Below, piece by piece: positions 1 through 9,907 of a DNA stretch of 24,466 nt. This stretch comes from Octopus sinensis. Taxonomy: Eukaryota. Where the stretch lies: NCBI RefSeq assembly GCF_006345805.1, contig NW_021836372.1, forward strand, positions 1 to 24,466. The letters run 5' to 3'. The stretch's first letter is position 1. Each line of letters starts with the position of its first letter. The translations under genes were made by a program, and so were the position numbers. The notes beneath the pieces were generated by a model. The model did no database searches. It was not told the DNA's origin and worked only from the letters and a program-made list of their open reading frames with translations.

Positions 1-519
1 GGAGAGACACTGAGAGAGAAACTATTTTTACGTATATCTTTAACAGCAAAAACATACATTTGAAGCGGTGAGAGGTCGAAAGCCGTTTCCGTCACACATC
101 CGCCCGATAATACTTTTGTGGTCAAATCGTTTTAACTGAAGCACTAATCACATGTCATCGGTGAAACGTTTATTTACGATGGAACTAGTATATTTAATTT
201 CAAAACCGTAAAATCATCGTGTCTCTTGAATACGGTTTCTTTTGTACGAGTGGCCATTCCGTCAGGACCAATCTCCATTGAAATACGGAGCTAGTCTTAT
301 GAATTCCAGTTTATGAATTATCAAAGCAAACCAAATCATGAAGAATTCGGTGTGAAATGCCACATCCAATCCCAGCCCCCTCTCCCATCCCGCCATCCCA
401 TCGATTCCATCGATATTAGCATATGGTAAATTAATCAACTCACTTCTAGATTATTCGCCAGAGAACTAGCAATGCGCGCTGGTATACACTTTCGTTGACG
501 GCTGGCGTTCAGGATATAT

Positions 520-739
520 ATAAAGGATATATATATATGGTTGTATGTGTGTGTACGTGTGTGTGTGTGTGTGTATGCAAGTGTATGTGTGTGCGCTTGC
601 GTATGTAAACCTATATACATACACATATATACATAATATGCACCGTATATATATATAGATAATATATATATATATATATATATAATACACATTCACAAGA
701 GCACACGCACAAACATACGCATAGAGACACATATGTATG

Positions 740-783
<44 letters not shown>

Positions 784-916
784 TGCACACACACATACGC
801 ACGTACGCACACACAGAGATGAGTATATCTGTGCAAACATGCGCATACACATATGCACAGCCACACATACCATACGTAAGCAAGAACACAACCCTCCATA
901 TATATATATATATGCA

Positions 917-947
<31 letters not shown>

Positions 948-990
948 GTGTGTGTGTGTGTGTGGTGTGTGTGTGTGTGTATCGATTGAT
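520..990. repeat. Compound microsatellite block (TG)n/(TA)n/(CA)n
   Basis: Alternating dinucleotide tracts. The overlapping ORFs (YIYI, HTHT, CVCV) are repeat translations. Confidence 0.95.
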
Positions 991-1149
991 TTATATATCA
1001 ATTGATAATGAACTTTTGCGCCGCCCGAAAAGATCATGACCGTACGTGGAAAGTCAGAACAGGTAGCCATGGCGCAATCCGACGTATTTCATGAGCAAAT
1101 TATTTCATTAAATCTAATACAGCGTAACCTCCTTCGCGTGTATGTTGTG

Positions 1150-1237
1150 TCATATATATATATATATATATGTATGTATATATATTATTATATATATAAT
1201 TATATGATAATATATATATATATATAATATATATATA

Positions 1238-1279
<42 letters not shown>

Positions 1280-1282
1280 GTG

Positions 1283-1325
<43 letters not shown>

Positions 1326-1374
1326 GTGTATATATATATATATATAATATATATATTATATATATATATATATA
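1150..1374. repeat. Interrupted (TA)n microsatellite
   Basis: Seen directly. Confidence 0.95.
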
Positions 1375-1782
1375 TTCTTTTATTCTTTTAATTTTGTTTC
1401 AGCCATTTGACTGCGGCTATGCAGGAACACCACCTTTAGTCGAGCAATCGACCCCACGATTTATTCTTCGTAAGCCTAGTACTTATTCTATCGGTGTCTT
1501 TTGCCGAACCGCTAAGTTACGGGGACATTAACACACCAGCATCAGTTATCAAGTGATGTTGGGGGTGGGGACAAACACAGATACACAAACACACACACAC
1601 ACACATATACAGATATACGACGGGCTTCTTTCAGTTTCTGTCTATCAAATCCACTCACAAGGCTTTGGTCGACCCGAGGCTATAGTAGAAGACACTTGCC
1701 CAAGGTGCCACGCTGTGGGACTGAAGCCGGAAACATGTGGTTGGTAAGCAAGCTACTTACCACACAATCACTCTTGCGCCTA
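1375..1782 (-). mobile_element. tRNA-derived SINE, family A (CORE-like; resembles octopus OR-type SINEs), near full length
   Basis: On minus: tRNA-like head (ggcgcaagagtgattgtgtggtaag...ttccggcttcagtccc), CORE-like 'ggcaccttgggcaagtgtctt', internal (TG)n, 3' part 'aaaggtggtgttcctgcatagccgcagtcaaatggctgaaac' and an (A)-rich tail. Several homologous copies occur in the window. The family name is from memory. Confidence 0.85.
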
Positions 1783-1870
1783 CATACAATATAATATATA
1801 TATATATATATAGTGTGTGTGTGTGTGTGTGTATAAATATATATATACATATATACTTACTTACATACAT

Positions 1871-1934
<64 letters not shown>

Positions 1935-2263
1935 AACCTTAGAGCGAGTTATAAACAGTAGCTGCAACACATCGTGACGTATATTTGCCATTTAAATATG
2001 GCTAACCCCTAAGGGTGGATGCTACTGTAGTTTGCAGCCCCAGGAGGACACCTCATCTAGCTGGCTATAGACACACTATCTGTGCCATATCAGTATTTGC
2101 AAAGGGAAGCCATCCTTCCCGTCTCCAACTTATGATACACACGGACTCGAGTTTCTGGGTATTGACCCGTCATCGGCGTGTGACAACTACAGTTGTCGAT
2201 GAAAAGTAGATTCCCTTCACAAATACATATACTTTTTCCATATATATATATATATGTGTGTGT

Positions 2264-2557
2264 GGAGGCGCAATGGCCTAGTGGTTAGGGCAGCGGACTC
2301 GCGGTCGTAGGATCGTGGTTTCGATACCCAGACTGGGCGCTGTGAGTGTTTACTGAACGAAAACACCTAAAAAACTCCACGATGCTCCGGCACGGGGGGG
2401 GGGGGGGGTGATCCCTGCTGTACTCTTTTACCACTCTTTCTCTCACTCTTCTGTTGGCCTGCTCGCTTAGCCAGCGGGGTGGCGTCATGCGAACACATTG
2501 TGACCAGAGATGTGTAGCAACATCTGATGGTCTGGTCGGTCACGTGATCACGTGATA
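2264..2557 (+). mobile_element. tRNA-derived SINE, family C (head resembles octopus OK-type SINE)
   Basis: A box-like 'tggcctagtgg' and B box-like 'ggtttcgataccc' at tRNA spacing, an internal G run, and a 3' end 'gtcacgtgatcacgtgata'. Confidence 0.75.
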
Positions 2558-2994
2558 TAATATATATATATGTATACGTGTATATTTGTCTGTGTGTGTG
2601 TGTGTGTGTGGTGTACATACATACGCACATGTGGCTTCGGATAGAAATTGTGTTTGGTAGAATTTGATTATTTTCGATAAGTCGGAGCGCCCCAATCTTC
2701 TTGTCCATTCATCGAACATTGAATCTCTCTCGGGTGGCCTTTAAATCGTTGATGAAACCCAATCAGTATAGACGGTGATTTAACGTGAAATATTAAAGTT
2801 GTGGTTTTGATAAAATATAAACGAAGAAGACGGCGTCATCTGAGTTATTATTCCCGCTTAATTGAACACGATGGCTAATCTGAAGCTATCAGAATACGTC
2901 CACTGGTAAACTTTAGTAAATGCGTTATTGCCTGTCCAACAAAACGACCAGATAACAACAGCAACTTTAAAGAAGGCAACGATAAACCTAATCA

Positions 2995-3412
2995 GTTAAT
3001 GAAATGGGTTTTCCTTGCTTTTTATCTTCAAAATTTCTAATAATAACTCGATCAAAATCAATTTCTAGAGCAACGTTTATTCCGATATTCTGTCTTGCTA
3101 AATCAACGACTCGGGTTGACACTCTATAGACCTTAAAAACTCTGATCTGTTTGAGATAAGTAAAAGGCCTTTCTTTGCTACTGTAACTGGAACTGTCAAC
3201 AATATTCTCAATCTAGCAACAATATTTCGATATATCTCGAAAGATTTGTAATCATTTAATAAATTTTGAAGGCATTGGTTCTGGTTTCTCAAAATTTGTT
3301 GGATATATAAACAAAATAAATTGCATTTCTATTTCAGAATCTTCATCATTGACGTTAGTAAAATTCCGATGGGTTGATCCCATTCCGTTTGATTCTGTCT
3401 CACTTAAAACAT
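2995..3412 (-). pseudogene. Decayed hAT transposase, C-terminal (dimerisation domain) part
   Basis: Minus frames read YRNIVARLRILLTVPVTVA / ERPFTYLKQI / LRS / DLARQNIGINVALEIDFDRVII, collinear with the hAT C-terminal motif (F/Y)PNx.xALRILLTxPVTxASxERSFSKLKLIKxxLRS...L.FD.II. Frameshifts are present. Confidence 0.8.
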
Positions 3413-3888
3413 ACTCTTTTATCTTTTATTAGTTTCAGTGATTGGACAGCGGCCATAAGGAGCACCTCCTTGCAAAATTTCATACATACATACATACATA
3501 TATATATATATTATATATATATATATATATAATATATATATATATAATATATATATATATACATATATATACATATATTTACATTTATATATATATATTA
3601 TATATATATATATATACATATATATACATACATACATACATACATACATACATACATACATAGATACATACATACATACATACATACATACATACATACA
3701 TACATACATACATACATACATACATACATACATACATACACTGTATGTCAACTAAATTCGCATGCAAGACATTGGTCGGTCTGGGGCTATAGGAGAATAC
3801 ACTTGTGTAAGGTGCTGTGCATTGCGACTGAACCCGTAACCACGAGGTTACAAAGGGATCTTTAGAACTATGAAGCCATACCTGCACC
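3413..3888 (-). mobile_element. Family A SINE, internally deleted, centre replaced by (TA)n/(TACA)n
   Basis: Tail 3413-3478 ('ggaggtgctccttatggccgctgtccaatcactgaaac' on minus), microsatellite 3481-3740, degenerate head/CORE part 3741-3888. Confidence 0.7.
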
Positions 3889-3889
3889 T

Positions 3890-4232
3890 GTTTAATATTT
3901 TCACAAAAAAACTCTTATTTTCAGCCAACCTTTTAATCACATTCAAACTGCTAATTTAGCATCCTGAACAAATTAATTCTATAATAAAATTCTTAATTAA
4001 ACCACAATACACAGATTTCCAGCGACAGATCCCTTCTGTAGAATCATTATCGTCAGTTATTTCAACTATGTTGACATCAGATATGAACTCGTACATTTGT
4101 CTTCTCTTTCGACTCACGCCCCCAGGATTATCGTAGCTTTTGATTTCCATCGCAAAATTTAAAACGCCATCTTTGGCTTCATTTGAAGTTCTTTTTCATT
4201 TGCTTCATAATTTCATCAAACCTTCAAAGACT
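3890..4232 (-). pseudogene. Decayed hAT transposase, upstream continuation
   Basis: Minus frame SNEAKDGVLNFAMEIKSYDNPGGVSRKRRQMYEF resembles the hAT segment (AKEIAxEM...RxRRKKxFDE) that precedes the dimerisation domain. Same strand and expected order relative to 2995-3412. Confidence 0.55.
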
Positions 4233-4311
4233 TAATGATGGAACAGCCTTCGGCTGTTTCTCAACAAAGACGTTTTTTTCATCATGTCAATATTTGCACG
4301 GTTTTAAGACT

Positions 4312-4385
4312 GCGAGCTGGCAGAATCGTTAGTACGCCAGGCAAATGTATAGCACCGGCCAAAATGCATAACGGCATTGCGTCCA
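4312..4385 (+). mobile_element. Family B SINE head fragment
   Basis: 'gcgagctggcagaatcgttagtacgcc...aaaatgcataacggcattgcgtcc' matches the head of the other B copies. Confidence 0.65.
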
Positions 4386-4390
4386 TATTT

Positions 4391-4520
4391 ATTGCAGCGT
4401 GGAAGGTGTTTATAAGCCATTTAAGAAACGCACAAAAACTGTTAGATTCACTTCAACATTTAAATTTTTCAAAATGTCTTCGTCGCTTTGAGACCGCGAC
4501 CTGTTCACTGAAAAACTTCG
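4391..4520 (+). repeat. Unclassified interspersed repeat; inverted copy at 6561-6696
   Basis: 'attgcagcgtggaaggtgtttataagccatttaagaaac...gttcactga' matches the reverse complement of 6561-6696 with few differences. Confidence 0.85.
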
Positions 4521-4525
4521 ACGCT

Positions 4526-4674
4526 AGTGCGTAACTGGTACTTATTTAATCGACCCCGAAAGGATAAAAAGCAAAGTCGACCTCGGCGGAATTTGAACTC
4601 AGAACGTAGCGGCAGACGAAATACCGCAAGGCATTTCGCCCGGCGTGCTAACGTTTCTACCAGCTCGCCGCCTT
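4526..4674 (-). mobile_element. Family B tRNA-derived SINE (3'-truncated)
   Basis: Minus: aaggcggcgagctggtagaaacgttagc (A box) ... gagttcaaattcc (B box) ... gaggtcgactttgctttttatcctttcggggtcgat (central domain). Confidence 0.85.
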
Positions 4675-5159
4675 AAACAAGGAAAAGATACCTGTCAACT
4701 AATGTCTCTGGTTCCAATGCCCGTGTTGCAATTATTTGTAGAATCCAGCACTTTATACAAAATACCATCTATTAAATTTTCGAGCATATGTTTACGTCAT
4801 ACCTTGTCTTTTCTATTAAGTTAAACCTGAAAAAAATTTTTTTCCGATGTTAATACAATGTCGATATGGTGGAATGCAAGAGCTTTAATTTCAAATTCGT
4901 CACTCTACCTGCTTTTTGACATATCAAGTAGAAAAGAATCTGTACGATTTTTATTCAATTTCCGTCATTTAAAGCAGGAACTGAACGAGTTATGAATCGT
5001 TTGAACTGTTCAAAATCATATTATGACTTCCGGTATGCACTCACCAACGTCATTTCCGTCCAGATTGATAGCATGTCAACCACCTAAAGCAAAGAGTTGT
5101 ATTTAGCTGAAAGGTAGGACTCTTTTTTCACGAGAAACTAGTCAAATAATAATCAGCAA

Positions 5160-5470
5160 GTGTCAAGTGTAACCCCTCGAAAGAGCTGTTCTTCACTCCT
5201 ACTCCAGAGCCTAGGTTGCGGGGTCACTCTGAAAAGCTCTATCTGCGACGATTTCATCTCAATCGAAGGAGCGGGGCTTTCTCCGTCCGGATTGCGGATC
5301 CTTGGAATAAGCTGCCGGACGAGATAGTGAAGATGCCGACGACCGCTCGGTTCAAAGTCTCTCTTGACCAGAAATGGCCTGAACTCTTTGCATGGACACC
5401 ACCCTGTACATAACGCCATGTCCCCCTACATGGCCTTGATTTATGCTTTTTGAGCCAAAAAATTAACTTA
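5160..5470 (+). mobile_element. 5'-truncated CR1-clade LINE, ORF2 C-terminus plus short 3' UTR
   Basis: Frame reads PEPRLRGHSEKLYLRRFHLNRRSGAFSVRIADPWNKLPDEIVKMPTTARFKVSLDQKW, matching the CR1 terminal motif RGH..KL....R..FS.R....WN.LP..VV.......FK..LD. Confidence 0.85.
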
Positions 5471-5812
5471 ATTTATGTGAAACTTTCTAAGCAAAACACA
5501 GCAGTTTACGAAATTTGAGCTGAGGTACTCTCCAAGTGAAAGGTGTCCATGAGAACACTGAAGTCCAGCGAGAGTTCTGCGACTGGTGGGGTATTGTACT
5601 GGGTGCAGTTGATTACCATGTCGCTCCTAATCTATTGAACCCATCTCGACAGTGTAGATAAGTACTCTGATTCCTTTGTAGAAAATTGCATCAACTCAAT
5701 TTCGGCGACCAATCGTTTGAACTGTTCCAAATTGTTATGACTTCCGGTATGCACTCATCTACGTAATTTCCGCACAAATTAAAAGTGTGTCAGCACATCG
5801 GACAATATATCA

Positions 5813-5974
5813 GTTTCAAATTTTAGCACAAGGCCAGCAATTCCAGGGGAGTAGTAAATCAATTACATCTACCCCTGTTTTCAACTGGTACTCATTTTAT
5901 CGACCCAGAAAGGACGAAAGGCAAAGTCATCTCAGTGGATTTTGAACTCAGAACGTAAAGACGGACGAAGTGCC
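5813..5974 (-). mobile_element. Older family B' SINE (same head and core as B, different 3' tail)
   Basis: B box 'gagttcaaaatcc', core 'gatgactttgcctttcgtcctttctgggtcgataaaatgagtaccagt', tail 'aattgctggccttgtgctaaaatttgaaac'. Confidence 0.75.
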
Positions 5975-6134
5975 ATAGGAGTGGCTATACGGTAAGTAGC
6001 TTGCTTACCATCCACATGGTTCCGGTTTCAGTCCCACTGCGTGGCACCTTGGGCAGGTGCTTTTTACTATAGCCTCGGGCGGACCAGAGCCTTGTGAGTG
6101 GATTTGGTAGACGGAAACTGAAAGAAGTCCGTCG

Positions 6135-6198
<64 letters not shown>

Positions 6199-6415
6199 TG
6201 TGTGTATGCTTGTGTGTCTGTGTTTGTCCCCCAACATCGCTTGACAACCGATGCTGGTGTGTTTACGTCCCCGTAACTTAGTGGTTCGGCAAAAGAGACC
6301 GATAGAATAAATACTAGACTTACTGAGAATAAGTCCTGGGGTTGATTTGCTCGACTAAAGGTGGTGCTCCGGCATTGCCACAGTCAAATGACCGAAATAA
6401 GTAAAAGAGTAAAAG
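5975..6415 (+). mobile_element. Family A SINE, full length
   Basis: Head 'gtggctatacggtaag...ggttccggtttcagtccc', 'ggcaccttgggcaggtg', (TA)n(TG)n middle, 3' 'ctaaaggtggtgctcc...gtaaaagagtaaaag'. Confidence 0.9.
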
Positions 6416-6560
6416 CATTTTATCCGACGTTCTGTCGATACTACTAGCTCATCGCATTCGCATGGGGAAATATTGCTATTGAACTGAACTAGAGGAGTCT
6501 TAATCGCATTCTCAATAACTGAGAAATATTTTAAACATCAAAACAGATGCAGATACAGCA

Positions 6561-6696
6561 CGGAATTTTGTCAGTGAACAAGTCGCTGTCTCAAAGCGAC
6601 GAAAATATTTTGACAAATTAAATTTAAATGTTGAAGTGAATCTAACGGTTTTTGTGTGTTTCTTAAATGGCTTATAAACACCTTCCACGCTGCAAT
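6561..6696 (-). repeat. Unclassified interspersed repeat; inverted partner of 4391-4520
   Basis: Direct sequence match within the window. Confidence 0.85.
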
Positions 6697-6814
6697 TGTT
6701 TTCTTTCCAGCACACGATCTGAGATCAGGTCACTCGCTATGCAAGTAAATCTCCGTAATTTTAAACATCTCTGCAGCAAAATGCATTGAATGATATTGCT
6801 AGAATATTTTATGA

Positions 6815-6975
6815 TAAAAAATATTCTGCGACCTGGGGCACATGTAGGGCAAATTCTTTCCTCTTTTCACCTTTTTTTCTGGCATCGGTCTATTCAAAGC
6901 CTATGTTATTGGCGAACAGGATCCATTTTCACAGCAATTCTGTCAAACCAAAGTGGTTTCCGTTGTTTAGATTCC
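6815..6975 (-). pseudogene. Possible very decayed LINE ORF2 C-terminal fragment
   Basis: Minus frame RIAVKMDPVRQ*HRL*IDRCQKKR*KEERICPTC loosely resembles the LINE motif R.S.HRL.IE.GR....EERIC..C, with several stops. Confidence 0.25.
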
Positions 6976-7097
6976 AAGTTCGCTGCGATGAAACGAAACG
7001 GTAAACCATGTGTCCACGTTACCCCAAACCTCAATAACAACATTAATCATCGTTCCAAAATATTGTGTCATGTCACTGCTTTTGCTCTTCGAGATGC

Positions 7098-7269
7098 TAG
7101 GTACAGCTGAGTAGTTAAGAAGCTCATGTCGTAACCACGTGGTTCCGAGGGCACTCCTAGTGCGTGGCACCTTGGACAAGTGTCTTCTACTAAAGCTCTG
7201 AACCGATCAATGCCTTCTGAATGAATCTGGGAGACGGAAAATATAAGAAGCCCTTGGTATTTATATACG

Positions 7270-7324
<55 letters not shown>

Positions 7325-7527
7325 CTCTCCCCCACCAATGCTTGGCACCGGTGCTGGTTTGTTTATGAACCGATATTGTAGCGGTCCAGCAAAATAGACC
7401 GATAAAAAAGTACCAGACTTAGAACAAATACTAGGGTTGATTTGCCCGTCTAAACCCTTCAAGGCGGTACCCCAGCATGGCCGCAGTTCAGTAACTGAAA
7501 TAAGTATAAGACAAAAAGATAAAAGAG
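7098..7527 (+). mobile_element. Family A SINE, diverged full-length copy
   Basis: 'gtggcaccttggacaagtgtcttctac', (TG)n middle, 'aaggcggtaccccagcatggccgcag', (aaaaga) tail. Confidence 0.85.
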
Positions 7528-8211
7528 ATCTCTCCCAGTTGAAAGATATCTTAGAAGTTCTCTCCAAGCTTCATAGCATTCCTTAGCTTTTGGTTACCTT
7601 ACACTAACTGTCCAACCTTTAGCTGATATTGTGGCAGACTTTGAAATTGAAGCTTTTGTAGTGCCAGAAAAATCGACCAAGTAAGCGATATAACATTTCC
7701 TTTTAACTCCAAACCAGTCAGTCTCTTTTGTGTTGTAGCATTTATTTTTACGTTGGAAACTACCCAGAAATTTCAAGACACTTTCAAAAAAAAAAAAAAA
7801 CGGTTTAGTGCTTATGTCCTTTGTAAATTGCTTACGTAGTGGAATGTGGTCACTGGTGGCATATTTCTATATTCATGATTCAAAAGGAAATTCACTTGTG
7901 AACGGCCCAATGTCAAGTTCAACGCCCGACTTAACTTTCTTCCTGTCTGAACAATCAGGATGTAACCAGCTCATCTTCAACATTGCTTGCGTTGGAAACA
8001 GGAATATCATTTGCCATTACTTTGACTGATTCGGTATTTCTTCTATGCGGCCTGGTTATTTTTAATGTCCATCGTCACATCTTTATTGCGTCTGTTTGTG
8101 ATTACATCAGCTCCTGCGTATTTCAGGTCACAAACTGGATTTTCAAAAACATCTTTGGAAACAGAAGAGCCTTTGGTGTCTCCTATAAGAAATATATTTA
8201 GTACCCTTAGT

Positions 8212-8310
8212 GAAAGCGTGTGGCTTAGTGGTTAGGGATATTGAGTTCACGCTCTAAGGTTGTGGGTTCGATTCTAGGCAGCGCACTATGTCCTTGAGCA
8301 AGACACTTTA
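8212..8310 (+). mobile_element. tRNA-derived SINE head, family D (truncated by a B insertion)
   Basis: A box 'tggcttagtgg', B box 'ggttcgattct', then 'gtccttgagcaagacactt', a motif common downstream of tRNA heads in aquatic-animal SINEs. Confidence 0.6.
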
Positions 8311-8313
8311 TTT

Positions 8314-8542
8314 CTATTTCTTTACTACCCACAAGGGGCTAAACACAGTGAGGACAAACAAGAACAGGCAAACGGATTAAGTCGATTATATCGACCCCAG
8401 TGCGTAACTGGTACTTATTTAATCGACCCCGAAAGGATGAAAGGCAAAGTCGACCTCGGCGGAATTTGAACTCAGAACGTAACCGCAGACGAAATACCAC
8501 TAAGCATTTCGCCCGGCGTGCTAACGTTTCTGCCAGCTCGCC
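8314..8542 (-). mobile_element. Family B SINE, full-length monomer
   Basis: Complete head, core and tail ('...gccccttgtgggtagtaaagaaatag'). Confidence 0.9.
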
Positions 8543-8569
8543 TGTTATACCAACATTTGAAACCAGAAA

Positions 8570-8779
8570 CGATAAGCTGACAGATGCATTAGCACGCCGG
8601 ACAAAATGCTTAGTGGCATTTCTTCCGGTATTAAGTTCTGAGATCAAAATGCCACCGAGTTCAACCTAGTCTTTCATCCTTTTAGAGTCGACAAAATAAG
8701 TATCATTTCAGCACTAGAGGCGGTGTAATCGACTTCCTCTTCCGTTAAAAATTGATGGCTGTATGTCGAAATTTGAAAC
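8570..8779 (+). mobile_element. Older family B' SINE
   Basis: 'ttagcacgccggacaaaatgcttag...gttctgagatcaaaatgcc...tttcatccttttagagtcgacaaaataagta...aaatttgaaac'. Confidence 0.75.
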
Positions 8780-8971
8780 TATTATTTCAATGATTTACAG
8801 ATTTATTTTGATCCATCTGAGATGAATTCACTTGTGATTGTTAGGTCAGCCATAGTAACATAATTCCCGTCTATTGCCCTATCATGCTTCCACATAAGAA
8901 ATTTAAACTGACATTCCCGTTCGTTTATATTATAGTTTCTCTCATAATTAGCATTCCGCCTTTTATTTTAT

Positions 8972-9400
8972 TTTACTCTTTACTCTCTCTTTTACTCTTT
9001 TACTTGTTTCAGTCATTTGACTGTGGCCATGCTGGAGCACCGCATTTAGTCGAGGAAATCGACCCCAGGACTTATTCTTTGTAAGCCTAGTACTTATTCT
9101 ATCGGTGTCTTTTGCCGAACCGCTAAGTTACAGGTACGTAAACACACCAGCATCGGTTGTCAAGCGATTTTGGGGGGTGGGGACAAACACAGACACACAA
9201 GCACACACACACATACATATATATATACATATATACGACGGGCTTCTTTCAGTTTCCGTCTACCAAATCTACTCACAAGGCTTTGGTCGGCCCGAGTCTA
9301 TAGTAGAAGACACTTGCCCAAGGTGCCACGCAGCGGGACTGAACCCGGAACCATGAGGTTCGTAAGCAAGCTACTTACCACACAGTCACTCCTACGCCTA
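8972..9400 (-). mobile_element. Family A SINE, full length, well conserved
   Basis: Matches the copies at 1375 and 5975 along its length; (aaagagt)-type tail at 8972-9005. Confidence 0.9.
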
Positions 9401-9532
9401 AGATTAAGTGAAGACTAGAGGGCGCGCTGTTATTTCCACGGGTAGATACATTTTTTAAACCATGTTGAATTACAGAAAAATTTTTGAACACCGATGCGTA
9501 GGGTTTTAAAAAACCAAATACGTTTATCATTG

Positions 9533-9907
9533 ACTTGTTTCAGTTATTTATGTGCGGCCATGCTAGAGCACCAACTTGAAGCGTTTGTTTGAGCAAATAG
9601 ACCCCAGGACTTCTAACTGTAATGCTTTTTGTATCATTCTTTTCAGCTGAACAGCTAATTTATAAAGAGGTAAACGAACCAACGCCGGTTGTGAAGCGCG
9701 TGTGTGTGTGGGAACAACACACATGCAAATATACAGACGGGCTTCCACACAGTTTCCATCTACGAAATTCACTCAGAAGGCATTGGCTGGCCAGGGGCTA
9801 TAGTAAAAGAATAATACACTTGCTCAAGGTGGTGCGTAGTGAGACTGAACCCGAAACAAAGTGATTGCATAGCAAACTTCTTAACCACACATCCACATCT
9901 ATGCCTA
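9533..9907 (-). mobile_element. Family A SINE, diverged
   Basis: Degenerate tail, middle and head, collinear with the other A copies. Confidence 0.75.

Noticed and set aside
435-1961. Many ORFs rich in YI/HT/CV dipeptides
   Set aside because: They are translations of (TA)n/(CA)n/(TG)n microsatellites with no domain or splice support. The same applies at 3419-3887 and 21302-21695.
2264-2340. tRNA gene candidates (also the heads of SINE families A, B and D)
   Set aside because: They have A/B boxes but no complete cloverleaf and run into SINE bodies, so they are SINE heads.
6790-7110. 106-aa plus-strand ORF
   Set aside because: No recognisable motif, and it ends in a SINE head. The opposite strand has only a weak LINE-like trace.
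9413-9426. CTCF-like 'gactagagggcgc'
   Set aside because: A single partial motif lacking the 5' CC, with no supporting context.
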